A stretch of 64,000 nt of DNA, taken from the NCBI GenBank assembly GCA_963748625.1, contig CAVVJT010000006.1, positions 44,603-108,602 on the forward strand. The letters run 5' to 3'. The notes beneath the pieces are model-generated. The model was given only the letters and a program-made list of their open reading frames with translations, was not told the DNA's origin and did not search any database. Position 1 is the stretch's first letter; every line of letters begins with the position of its first letter. The stretch is from an uncultured Chloroflexia bacterium. GTDB lineage: Bacteria; Chloroflexota; Limnocylindria; Limnocylindrales; CSP1-4. Both the position numbers and the translations under genes were made by a program. This document shows, in pieces, positions 47,594 to 56,426 of the stretch.

Positions 47594-48094
47594 ATGGAGG
47601 ATCTCCGCATGACCCAGCCCTACCAGCCGCTCCCGCCCGCCGCCCCGGATGGCCCCGCGCCCGGGGTCCAGTTCGCCAGCCCCGTCGCGCGCCTGGTCGG
47701 CTACCTCATCGACGGGTTCATCGCAGGCGCGGCCGCGCTCGCGCTGGGCCTGGTGCTCGGGACGGTCATCGGTCTCGCCGGTGAATCGGGGCGGAACTTC
47801 ATCGCGGGTCTCGGCTTCATCCTGTACTTCGTGGCGATCCTCGCGATCTGGCTGCTGTACTTCCCGTACTTCTGGCAGAAGAGCGGCCAGACGCCGGGCA
47901 TGAAGGTCACGAAGGTCAAGGTGGTCCGCGACGAGGATGGCGGACCGATCGGCTGGGGGACGGGGTTCGTCCGCCTGTTCGGCTTCTTCGTGAGCCAGCT
48001 CGTCCTCTACATCGGGTTCCTGTGGGTCCTGGTCGACAAGCGCAAGCGCGGCTGGTTCGACCTGATGGCCGGCACCTGCGTCGTCAAGGCGTAG
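47594..48094 (+). CDS. RDD family membrane protein
   Basis: 166 aa. RLVGYLIDGFI, QTPGMKVTKVKVV, WFDLMAGTCVV. Confidence 0.8.
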   Translation: MEDLRMTQPYQPLPPAAPDGPAPGVQFASPVARLVGYLIDGFIAGAAALALGLVLGTVIGLAGESGRNFIAGLGFILYFVAILAIWLLYFPYFWQKSGQTPGMKVTKVKVVRDEDGGPIGWGTGFVRLFGFFVSQLVLYIGFLWVLVDKRKRGWFDLMAGTCVVKA

Positions 48095-48119
48095 AACTAC
48101 CCGAACCCGGGTGGTCCTA

Positions 48120-48196
48120 CCCCGGGCGGTCGGACCCCCGGGCGGTCGCGCCGCCCGCGACCCGCGACCCGCGACCCGCGACCCGCGACCCGACCC
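48120..48196. repeat. Two short tandem repeats: CCCCGGGCGGTCG x2 (period 16) and the heptamer GCGACCC x5.7
   Basis: Read directly. Heptamer copies start at 48157, 48164, 48171, 48178 and 48185, plus a partial copy. The array ends 2 nt before the stop codon (48199-48201) of the convergent ABC ATPase gene. Confidence 0.85.
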
Positions 48197-48198
48197 GG

Positions 48199-48936
48199 TC
48201 AGGCGGCCGGCGTCTCCTCCAGGGTCCCGTCGAGGATCCGGCCGTCGACCATGTGCACGGTCCGCCGCGTGCGCGCCGCGAGCTCGTGGTCGTGGGTGAC
48301 CATGACGATCGTCCGCCCTTCGGCCACGAGTGTCTCGAACAGCTCGAACACCTCCTCGGCCGTGACCTCGTCCAGGTTCCCGGTGGGCTCGTCCGCCACG
48401 ATGATCGGCGGATCGTTGGCGAGCGACCGCGCGATCGCCGCGCGCTGCTGCTGGCCGCCTGACGTGGACGCCGGGAGCTTGCGCGCCTGGTCGTCCAGCC
48501 CGACGAGCTCGAGCAGGTGCATCGCCCGCTCGTAGCGCTCCTTCGTGGACCACAGGCCCGCGAAGTCCATCGGCAGCATCACGTTCTCGACCACCGTGAG
48601 CGTGGGCAGCAGCTGGAAGAACTGGAAGATGACCCCGCACGTCCGGCCGCGCCACTGCGCCATGCGACTCTCGGACAGGTTGGCGAGGTTCGTCCCGCCG
48701 ACGACCAGCGAGCCGGCGGTCGGCCGGTCGATGCCCGTGATCATGTTCATCAGCGTGGACTTGCCCGAGCCGGAGCGGCCGACCACGGCGATGAACTCGC
48801 CGGCGTCCACCTGGAGCGAGACCTCCTTGAGCGCGCGGAACGGTCCGGCGTCGGTCACGTAGTCCTTGACGACGTCCCGCAGGTCGATCAGGTGGCCGTG
48901 CGCGAGGTCGCGGTCGGCGAAGGGTGCGCGGATCAC
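48199..48936 (-). CDS. ABC transporter ATP-binding protein (MacB/LolD/FtsE-like), with no adjacent permease gene
   Basis: From ORF 48199..49380; in-frame GTG ([10 protein letters not shown]). [17 protein letters not shown]-like [25 protein letters not shown]. The upstream part of the track ORF is antisense to the tRNA. Confidence 0.85.
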   Translation of the reverse strand: MIRAPFADRDLAHGHLIDLRDVVKDYVTDAGPFRALKEVSLQVDAGEFIAVVGRSGSGKSTLMNMITGIDRPTAGSLVVGGTNLANLSESRMAQWRGRTCGVIFQFFQLLPTLTVVENVMLPMDFAGLWSTKERYERAMHLLELVGLDDQARKLPASTSGGQQQRAAIARSLANDPPIIVADEPTGNLDEVTAEEVFELFETLVAEGRTIVMVTHDHELAARTRRTVHMVDGRILDGTLEETPAA

Positions 48937-48999
48937 GCGCGAACGATACCGGGGAACGCGCCGGCCGTCCGCACGGCGCCCGCTGGTATGCTCGCCCGC

Positions 49000-49085
49000 G
49001 GCGAGGTGGCCGAGTGGTCTATGGCAGCGCTCTTGAAAAGCGCCGGGCGCAAGTCCCGTGGGTTCGAATCCCACCCTCGCCGCCA
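49000..49085 (+). tRNA. tRNA-Ser (anticodon TGA)
   Basis: Acceptor GGCGAGG/CCTCGCC. D-arm GCC-GAGTGGTCTAT-GGC. Anticodon stem GCGCT/AGCGC with loop CT-TGA-AA. Long variable arm. T-arm GTGGG-TTCGAAT-CCCAC. Discriminator G and an encoded CCA. Confidence 0.9.
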
Positions 49086-49149
49086 GGATTGGCAGCGCCA
49101 AGGGCGTGACACCGGTCGCGGCGGCACGACCGAGGAGGAAGCCTGAGCC

Positions 49150-49885
49150 ATGGACCCGATGATCGCCCTGGCCGCCGTTGCCGTGGGCTATCCTGCTGGG
49201 CTCCATCTCGTTCGCGCGCCTCGTCGCCCGGCGGGTCGATCGCAGCGTGGACGTGACGTACATCGTCACCGAGGTTGGCGACGGGGTGACCTTCACCAGC
49301 GACGCGGTGAGCGCCACGTCGGTGCGCATGAAGCTGGGCAAGCGATACGGGCTTCTCGTGGCGCTCCTGGATATGGCCAAGGTCGCGATCCCGGTGCTCG
49401 TGCTGCGCCTGCTGTACCCGGGCGAGCCCTACCTGTACCTCGCCGCCGCGGCGGGCGTCGCCGGGCACAACTGGCCCGTCTATCACCGCTTCAAGGGCGG
49501 CCGGGGCGAGTCCGCCATCATGGGCGCCCTGCTCGTCATCGACCCGATCGGGCTGGTCCTCATGCTCACCCTTGGGATGGTCATCGGGTTTCTTTCCGGC
49601 AACATCCTCGTGCTGGAGTGGACCGGGTTCATCCTGATGGTGCCCTGGCTGTGGCTGACGACGGGCGATCCGTGGGCCGTGGCCTTCATGGTGTCCGTCC
49701 TGGCGATGTGGACGGTCGCCATGCTGCCCGAGCTGCGCCAGTACGCGGCGATGATCAAGCTGTCCGACGCGCCGACAAACGAGCAGGTGGTGGCGGAGTA
49801 CGGTATGAGCGCCAGGCTGGGCCGGGCCATGGACAACTACTCGATCCCGGCGCTGGTGAAGCGGTATCGCTCGACGCCGGGCTAG
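49150..49885 (+). CDS. plsY: Glycerol-3-phosphate acyltransferase PlsY, with an apparent single-base frame break at about 49192
   Basis: ORF 49178..49885 carries [14 protein letters not shown] and [17 protein letters not shown]. The ATG at 49150, preceded by GGAGGA, encodes [14 protein letters not shown] in another frame, which supplies the missing half of the first TM segment. Confidence 0.8.
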
Positions 49886-50148
49886 GGCTGGGGGCCACCC
49901 ATGGCAATCGGCGTGCGCTGGCGGAAGGTCCGGGGCGTCCTGGGCCAGTACCGCGCACGCACCGCGCTCGTCGTCGGGCACGAGCATCTCCCGGACGGTG
50001 GCGCGCATCGGCGCGTATGGTGAGAGTCGCCAGGGCGGGATCGTGTACGGGGTGGTGGTGGTCCCGGCCGGCAACGTGCCCGATGGAGTGCGCTGGAACA
50101 TGACGACCACGGTCGCGATCAAGGTCGGCGGATGAGGCTGCGCAGGTC

Positions 50149-50877
50149 ATGGCCGGCCCGGCGGCGCTCGCACTTGCCGGGGTGATTGCCGCGGCCTGCA
50201 TCGGCCCACCGCCGTCGCCCTCTCCGTCGCCAACTCCCTCGCCCTCGCCCTCGCCGTCGCCTTCGCCTACCGCCCCGCTCGCGACCGCGGCGCCCACGTC
50301 GGCCACGACGCCGGCGGCGCCGCCGTCCGGCACCGTGCTCGTGGATGTTCCCGCGGCCGGCGCCCGCCTGCCGGTGCCGGGGGGCTGGGAGCAGGCGGAC
50401 GCGGATGCCCTTGAGGATCCGGATCGGCGTGCCGACATCGTGGCGCGCTATCCAGGCGCTGATGCCCTGCTGGCGGCCGCCGCCGAGATGGGCGACCGGG
50501 CCGTCCCAGCCTTCGTGGCGTTTGATCCTTCGACTGCCGGCACCGGCGCCGGGCTGGCCACCAACATCGCCGTGCTCGTCGCCCAGCCTTCGGTCAGTGG
50601 GCCGCTGCTCGACTTCGTGGCGGGGTTCATCGGCGACGGGTTCAAGGACGCGTTCGGGGCAGAGGAGACAGCCCGCGAACGGGTGGACACGCCGCTCGGC
50701 GAGGCCGTGCGCCTCGAGTACGCGCTGCCGCCGCGAGACGGGGTGGCGCTGACGGCGGTCCAGTACATCGTCGGTGCGCCGGCGGGCACGGTGCTGGTGT
50801 CCATCCTGGGGCCGGCCGACGTGGTTGCGTCACTGGACCCGGACGCGCTCGTGGCAGCGATGGCGCCGATGCCGTAG
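50149..50877 (+). CDS. Hypothetical lipoprotein with a (Pro-Ser)n linker
   Basis: 242 aa. MAGPAALALAGVIAAAC lipobox, then PPPSPSPSPTPSPSPSPSPSP, then a globular domain of unknown family. Confidence 0.65.
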   Translation: MAGPAALALAGVIAAACIGPPPSPSPSPTPSPSPSPSPSPTAPLATAAPTSATTPAAPPSGTVLVDVPAAGARLPVPGGWEQADADALEDPDRRADIVARYPGADALLAAAAEMGDRAVPAFVAFDPSTAGTGAGLATNIAVLVAQPSVSGPLLDFVAGFIGDGFKDAFGAEETARERVDTPLGEAVRLEYALPPRDGVALTAVQYIVGAPAGTVLVSILGPADVVASLDPDALVAAMAPMP

Positions 50878-50956
50878 CCGCAGTTCACCCAATCCGACGG
50901 CACCGGTGTGCCGAATAGTGGAAGTAATCCCAACTTCCGAGGAGATCCCGAGCCCA

Positions 50957-51808
50957 ATGACAGCCCAGACCGGCGCGACAGTCGCGCAACCCATCCACAC
51001 GGAGACTGCCGCCGCGATCCCAGAGGGGAACAGCCGTTCGCTGCGCCGCTGGAACCGGTTCCTGGTGTTCGCGCACGGCGGCCAGTTCCTGCTCATGGTC
51101 CTGATCTCGAAGACGACGACCCTGTTCGAGCCGGTCGTGCCCACGGTCAAGCCGATCATCACAGACGGCAAGTTCACCGGTGTCGAGCCGACCGAGGTCG
51201 TGCTGTTCTCCTTCCCGCTCGCCTACCTGATCGCCAGCTTCTTCCTGATGAGCGCCATCGCGCACTTCGTCGCCGGCTGGCCGCTGCGCGCGCGCTATGA
51301 GGCGTGGCTCGCGCGAGGCATGAACCCGCTCCGCTGGATCGAGTACGCATTCTCGTCCTCGGTCATGATCGTGGCCATCGCCTACATCAGCTACATCACC
51401 GAGTTCACGGCGCTCGTGGCGATCGCCGGAGTGAACGCGGCGATGAACCTGTTCGGCTGGAGCATGGAAGCGGCCAACGAGGGACGCGAGAAGCCGGACT
51501 GGAAGCACTTCATCTTCGGCTGCATCGCGGGGATCGTCCCCTGGATCGCGATCTTCTCCGTCATCTGGGCCTACAACATCCAGGAGGGCCTGCCGGCGGA
51601 GTACTCGATCCCCTCGTTCGTGTACATCATCATCGGCAGCCTGTTCCTCGCTTTCAACGTCTTCGCCATCACGATGGTCCTCCAGTACAAGAAGGTCGGC
51701 CGCTGGAAGAACTACCTCGCCGGTGAGAAGACCTACATGGTCCTGAGCCTGGTCGCCAAGTCGCTCCTCGCCTGGCAGGTCTGGTCCGGGACCCTTCGCC
51801 CCAACTGA
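50957..51808 (+). CDS. Heliorhodopsin
   Basis: Last 283 aa of ORF 50774..51808 (MTAQTGATV...). Near-collinear with my recollection of heliorhodopsin 48C12: RWIEYAFSSSVMIV (counterion Glu), GVNAAMNLFGW, FGCIAGIVPWI, FVYIIIGSLFLAFN, YMVLSLVAKSLLAWQVWSGTL (Schiff-base Lys). Seven hydrophobic segments. Confidence 0.9.
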   Translation: MTAQTGATVAQPIHTETAAAIPEGNSRSLRRWNRFLVFAHGGQFLLMVLISKTTTLFEPVVPTVKPIITDGKFTGVEPTEVVLFSFPLAYLIASFFLMSAIAHFVAGWPLRARYEAWLARGMNPLRWIEYAFSSSVMIVAIAYISYITEFTALVAIAGVNAAMNLFGWSMEAANEGREKPDWKHFIFGCIAGIVPWIAIFSVIWAYNIQEGLPAEYSIPSFVYIIIGSLFLAFNVFAITMVLQYKKVGRWKNYLAGEKTYMVLSLVAKSLLAWQVWSGTLRPN

Positions 51809-51823
51809 TCCCGCTGTCGAGAC

Positions 51824-51864
51824 GGGGCGGCACCGCTGCGGCGGTGCCGCCCCTCTCGCGTTTC
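51824..51864 (+). terminator. Strong intrinsic terminator after the heliorhodopsin gene
   Basis: GGGGCGGCACCGC-tgcg-GCGGTGCCGCCCC, a perfect 13-bp stem starting 16 nt after the stop, followed by tctcgcgTTTc. Confidence 0.7.
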
Positions 51865-51984
51865 AACCTCACGCGCACATCGGGACTGGGCCACCCACCA
51901 TGTGGACCTTGACGGACGTGCGCCCCCTGCGATCATCACGACAAGCCCCGAATGGGGCCGGGCCGGAGCCGTGGGGAGTGCCCG

Positions 51985-53310
51985 ATGAACGTCGTTGCCG
52001 TCGTCCTTGCCGGTGGTGCGGGCGAGCGCCTTTCCGTCCTCTCCGATCACCGCGCCAAGCCGGCCGTCCCGTTCGGCGGCAAGTACCGGATCATCGACTT
52101 CGCCCTGTCCAACTGCGTGAACTCCGGGATCGACCGGGTGCTCGTCCTGACCCAGTACAGCCCCCGCTCGCTGATCGACCACATCGGCCGTGGGCGCCCC
52201 TGGGATCTCGACCGCTCCTTCGGCGGCGGCATCCGTGTCCTGCAGCCGTATCTCTCCCGGACCGACAAGGTGGGCTGGTACTCCGGCACGGCCGATGCCG
52301 TCCGACGGAACGCGACGCCGATCGCCGAGGAGAACCCGGACCTCGTGCTCGTCCTGGCGGGGGACCACATCTACAAGATGGACTACCGGCCGTTCATCCA
52401 GACGCACCTGGAGAAGGGGGCAGACCTCACGGTGGCGGTCCTCACGGTGCCGCCGGACGAGGCGTCCCGGATGGGGATCTGCCTGACGGACGGCGATGAC
52501 CGGATCATCGACTGGGAGGAGAAGCCGGCCGAGCCCCGGGGCGATCTGGCCTCGATGGGGGTCTACGTCTTCTCGCCCGATGCCCTCCGGCGCTGGCTGA
52601 CGCCAACCCGGCACGACTTCGGCAAGGACGTCGTCCCGGCGATGATCAAGGCGGGCCGGCGGGTCTTCGCCCACCGCTTCGAGGGCTACTGGCGCGATGT
52701 CGGGACGGTCGAGGCATTCTGGAAGGCGAACCTGGACCTGGTCGGTCTCGTCCCACCCCTCGACCTCTTCGATCGCAGCTGGCTGATCCACACGCGATCC
52801 GAGGAACGCTCGCCCGCGAAGTCCGGCCCCGACGCCGTGTTCCGTCACTCGCTGGCCAGCCACGGCTGCATCATCAACGGGTCGGTCGTGAACAGCCTCC
52901 TCTCGCCCGGCGTCAAGGTCTACGACGGCGCAGTCGTCCGCGACTCGGTGATCATGCTCGACGCCGAGATCGGGGCTGGGGCGGTCGTTGACGGGTCGAT
53001 CATCGACAAGCACGTCACGATTGGCGCGGGTGCGATCGTGGGCTACGGCGAGGACCGCTGGATCGTCAACGCCGAGGAGCCCGACAGGCTCACGACCGGG
53101 ATCACGGTGATCGGCAAGCGCGCGTTCATCCCTCCCGGGACACGACTCGGCCGAAACGTCCGGGTCGACACGGACGTCGCCTCGGGGGACTTCACGTCCC
53201 TCGATGTTCCTTCGGGCGGAACGGTGCATCACGGGGACGGCGGCCCGGCAGACGACGGCGCGCCGCGCCCGGGCGCCCGAGCCATGTCCAGGGCGCGCAG
53301 GTCACGCTGA
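51985..53310 (+). CDS. glgC: Glucose-1-phosphate adenylyltransferase
   Basis: From ORF 51952..53310; start at MNVVAVVLAGGAGERL (GGGGAG SD). KPAVPFGGKYRIIDFALSNC, YSGTADAV, LAGDHIYKMDY, FEGYWRDVGT, left-handed beta-helix C-terminus. Confidence 0.9.
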   Translation: MNVVAVVLAGGAGERLSVLSDHRAKPAVPFGGKYRIIDFALSNCVNSGIDRVLVLTQYSPRSLIDHIGRGRPWDLDRSFGGGIRVLQPYLSRTDKVGWYSGTADAVRRNATPIAEENPDLVLVLAGDHIYKMDYRPFIQTHLEKGADLTVAVLTVPPDEASRMGICLTDGDDRIIDWEEKPAEPRGDLASMGVYVFSPDALRRWLTPTRHDFGKDVVPAMIKAGRRVFAHRFEGYWRDVGTVEAFWKANLDLVGLVPPLDLFDRSWLIHTRSEERSPAKSGPDAVFRHSLASHGCIINGSVVNSLLSPGVKVYDGAVVRDSVIMLDAEIGAGAVVDGSIIDKHVTIGAGAIVGYGEDRWIVNAEEPDRLTTGITVIGKRAFIPPGTRLGRNVRVDTDVASGDFTSLDVPSGGTVHHGDGGPADDGAPRPGARAMSRARRSR

Positions 53311-53432
53311 CCCCGGGTCGCGGCGTCTCCGTCGCGGGCCTCGGCAGCCCGACGGGCTCGCGACGCGCCGCCCGCTTAGCTGCGGGTTCAACGGCGCCGA
53401 CTTGCGACTGTCCGTCGCAGATAGGGCGTTCC

Positions 53433-53669
53433 GGGACGGTGAATTGGGACTGACAGTCCCCGCGAGGACCATCGCGAGCCAGGAATCCCGTCCGAGTGTG
53501 GACTGCCAGTCCCCTCGTGGCCCATCGCGACGCCGCAGCCATGACTGCCAGTCCCGAACGGGCACCTGGATAGCGGCAACCGGTCCCGGGACCGGGGCAC
53601 AACCCGGCCACCGAGCACAACCGGGAGCTCACGATGGCCCAGGCACGGCTGTCGAGCCCAGGCACGGCT
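53433..53669. repeat. Cluster of GGGAC/GTCCC-based palindromes and short direct repeats in the long glgC-trpE intergenic region
   Basis: GGGACTG-a-CAGTCCC (53446-53460), GGACTG-c-CAGTCC (53500-53512), TGACTG-c-CAGTCC (53542-53554) and the perfect 16-bp palindrome CCGGTCCCGGGACCGG (53580-53595). CCATCGCGA follows the first two palindromes. CCCAGGCACGGCT occurs twice (53638, 53657). Confidence 0.7.
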
Positions 53670-54072
53670 TGACGGCCGGAGCGGGCCGCCCCTATCCTCC
53701 GCCCACATCACGAATACGGGCCTTGATCGGGACGAGTACCCGTCGGGCGCCATCACAGAGACCCGGCGGCTGGTGCGAGCCGGGATGGCGGCGGCGGCGA
53801 ATGGACCCGGGAGCCCCCGGACCGAACGCGGGGCGGCGACCATGGACGCGTCAGCGGACGAGGACGCAGCGGACGACCAGTAGGCTCCGGCGCAGAGCGC
53901 CAGCGATACAGGGCAGCGCCGATCGATCCCACCGGGCGGGACCCGCCGCTCAGGATCCGTCGGTCACGAGTGCGGCACAGCGCCGAACGTGGGTGGCACC
54001 GCGGAAGGACCAACGACCTTTCGTCCCGGAAGAGACGATTACGGTCGTTTTCGATTCTCAAGGACCACCACC

Positions 54073-55683
54073 ATGACCGACCCGCTCAGCCTCACCGAGA
54101 CGAAGCACCTGGCCTCCACCGCGGACACCATCCTCCTGCGCGCGACGCGCACGGCGGACCTCGAGACGCCGATCGGCGCGTTCCTCCGGCTGGATGACGG
54201 CACCACGCCCGCCTACCTGCTGGAGTCCGTCGAGGGCGGCGAGCGCCTCGGCCGTTACAGCTTCCTGGGCATCGGCCCCCGGCGCCTGCTCGAGGTGGGC
54301 GACGGCGTTGCCCGAACGACCTCCCGCCCCGTGGGCGTGACCGACTACGCGCCCGACCTCCCGGTGGCCACCGCGGAGACCCCGGACCCCCTCGCGGCGC
54401 TGCGCGCGTTCGTCCCGCGCCGCCGCGTCGTCCCGGTCGAGGGGATGCCACGCTTCACGGGCGGCGCCGTCGGCGCCCTCTCGTACGACGCCATCGCCGC
54501 GTTCGAGCCGTCCGTCCCGCTGCCAGACCGCGACCCGGTCGGTGTCCCGCTCGCCAGCTTCATCGAGACCGATCTCGTCATCGTCTTCGACCACCTGACG
54601 CACCAGCTCTCCGCCATCGCGTCGCTCCACACCGAGGCCCCGGACCTCGAGGGCCGCTACCGGATCGCCGAGCGGGCCATCTTCGAGGCACTCGAGCGCA
54701 CGGCCCGCCCGTCAGCCGCGGAGATGAGCGCGGGCTTCACGCGCCCGGCCGATGGTGGCGGCGCAGCGGACCTCGGCCAGGTCGAGACCAGCCTCGGACG
54801 AGACCAGTACATCCGGGCCGTCGAGAAGGCCAAGGACGCGATCGCCGCCGGCGAGGCGATCCAGGTCGTGCTCGCGCGGCGACAATCGTTCGACCTCCCG
54901 GCCGCCGTGGACGGCGCTCCCATCGACGGCATCGGCCTTTACCGCGCCCTGCGGCGGGTGAATCCGTCGCCCTACCTGTTCTTCACGCGAACCCCGGGCT
55001 TCGAGGTCGTGGGGGCCAGCCCCGAGCTGCTCGTCCAGGTCGTGGGCGACCGGATGTCCACGCACCCGATCGCCGGCACGCGGCCCCGCGGCACGACCCC
55101 CGCCGACGACGACCGCCTCGCCGACGAGCTCCGCCGCGACCCCAAGGAGCGTGCCGAGCACGTGATGCTCGTGGACCTCGGCCGCAACGACCTGGGGCGC
55201 GTCGCCCGGCCTGGGACGGTGAGCACCAGCCAGTACATGGAGGTGGAGCGTTACAGCCACGTCCTCCACCTGGTGAGCCACGTGGAGGCACGCCTCCGCC
55301 CGGAGCTTGACGCCCTCGATGCGCTGCGCTCGGTGTTCCCGGCCGGCACCCTCACTGGCGCCCCGAAGATCCGCGCCATGCAGCTGATCGCCGCGGCCGA
55401 GGGCGAGCGCCGCGGCCTGTATGGTGGCGCCGTGGGCTATCTCGGCTACGACGGCAACCTCGACACCGCGATCACGATCCGGAGCGCGGTGCTCAAGGAT
55501 GGCCAGGCCCACGTCCACACCGGGGCGGGCATCGTGGCGAAGAGCATCCCGGAGAGCGAGTTCGAGGAGACCGAGCACAAGGCCGCGGCGCTTCGCCGGG
55601 CGATCGAGCTCGCCGCCGCGCCCGCCGTCCCGCGTTCGTCCGCCGCCGGCGCCCCCGAACCGCCGGAGGCCGGCCCCCGATGA
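54073..55683 (+). CDS. trpE: Anthranilate synthase component I
   Basis: From ORF 53989..55683; start at MTDPLSL (AAGGA SD). LLESVEGGERLGRYSF, GTRPRG, LVDLGRNDLGRV, GTLTGAPKIRAM, YGGAVGY. Confidence 0.95.
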   Translation: MTDPLSLTETKHLASTADTILLRATRTADLETPIGAFLRLDDGTTPAYLLESVEGGERLGRYSFLGIGPRRLLEVGDGVARTTSRPVGVTDYAPDLPVATAETPDPLAALRAFVPRRRVVPVEGMPRFTGGAVGALSYDAIAAFEPSVPLPDRDPVGVPLASFIETDLVIVFDHLTHQLSAIASLHTEAPDLEGRYRIAERAIFEALERTARPSAAEMSAGFTRPADGGGAADLGQVETSLGRDQYIRAVEKAKDAIAAGEAIQVVLARRQSFDLPAAVDGAPIDGIGLYRALRRVNPSPYLFFTRTPGFEVVGASPELLVQVVGDRMSTHPIAGTRPRGTTPADDDRLADELRRDPKERAEHVMLVDLGRNDLGRVARPGTVSTSQYMEVERYSHVLHLVSHVEARLRPELDALDALRSVFPAGTLTGAPKIRAMQLIAAAEGERRGLYGGAVGYLGYDGNLDTAITIRSAVLKDGQAHVHTGAGIVAKSIPESEFEETEHKAAALRRAIELAAAPAVPRSSAAGAPEPPEAGPR

Positions 55684-56426
55684 TCCTCGTCATCGACAAC
55701 TACGACAGCTTCACCTTCAACCTCGTGCAGGCGCTCCAGGCCGCTGGCGCGGACGTCCGGGTGATCCGCAATGACCAGATCACGCGTGACGAGGTGGAGG
55801 CCATGGCCGGTGATCCCGGCGAGGATCTGCGCGGCATCGTCATCTCGCCCGGGCCCGGCAACCCAGGCACGGCGGGTGTGAGCGTCGCGACGATCCAGGT
55901 TGCCGCCGAGCGCAGGATCCCGCTCCTCGGCGTCTGTCTCGGCATGCAGTCGATGGGGGCCGCCTGGGGCGCCGCGATCGTGCGGGCGCCGACCCTCGTC
56001 CACGGCGAAGCCAGCGACGTCCACCACGACGGCACGGGTCTCCTCGCGGGCATGCCGCAGGACTTCCCGGCCGCCCGCTACCACTCCCTGTGCGTGGATC
56101 CGGCAACGCTGCCCGAGGAGCTCTACGTGACCGCCACCAGCCCGGAGGACGGCGTGGTGATGGGCCTGCGCCACCGGACGCTGCCCATCGAGGGCGTTCA
56201 GTTCCACCCCGAGTCCGTGCTCACGCCCGACGGTCCGCACCTGCTCGCGAACTTCCTGCGCCTGGCCGGGGAGGGGGAGGCGTCGCTGCTCGATGCTGCG
56301 ACCGGCTCGTTCGCCACGCGTGGCATGACGGAGGTGCCCGACCGGGTCGGGGCCGAAGGGACACCGCTGGGCGCGCCCGTGGACGATCCATCGGCGCCGG
56401 CGGGGACGATCGGGGCCGTCCGATGA
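55680..56426 (+). CDS. trpG: Anthranilate synthase component II (glutamine amidotransferase)
   Basis: MILVIDNYDSFTFNLVQ, GVCLGMQ (catalytic Cys), VQFHPES. ATGA overlap with trpE. About 50 aa C-terminal tail. Confidence 0.95.
   Translation: MILVIDNYDSFTFNLVQALQAAGADVRVIRNDQITRDEVEAMAGDPGEDLRGIVISPGPGNPGTAGVSVATIQVAAERRIPLLGVCLGMQSMGAAWGAAIVRAPTLVHGEASDVHHDGTGLLAGMPQDFPAARYHSLCVDPATLPEELYVTATSPEDGVVMGLRHRTLPIEGVQFHPESVLTPDGPHLLANFLRLAGEGEASLLDAATGSFATRGMTEVPDRVGAEGTPLGAPVDDPSAPAGTIGAVR

Noticed and set aside
49886-50122. Reverse-strand small ORF (TTG/ATG start, MIATVVVMFQRTPSG...) between plsY and the lipoprotein gene
   Set aside because: Third-position GC is high, but there is no SD, and no stop before it runs antisense through plsY and the tRNA. 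A plus-strand mini-ORF with coinciding wobble positions is equally good. Evidence is insufficient for either.
50134-50151. Upstream ATG (MRLRRS...) as the true start, giving the lipoprotein a positively charged n-region
   Set aside because: It is out of frame with the lipobox ORF and terminates after 17 codons. Accepting it would require yet another frameshift, for which I have no independent support.
50957-51808. Type-1 microbial rhodopsin (proton pump or sensory rhodopsin)
   Set aside because: The sequence lacks the type-1 helix-C motif (DTD/DTE/NDQ-type) and the helix-G DxxxK context. Instead it carries heliorhodopsin-specific blocks (RWIEYxxSSSVMIV, FGCIAGIVPWI, SLVAKS).
53311-54072. Classical trp attenuator with a Trp-rich leader peptide
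   Set aside because: No small ORF with tandem TGG codons, and no terminator/antiterminator pair followed by a T-tract, was found. Only weak 4-bp stems precede trpE.
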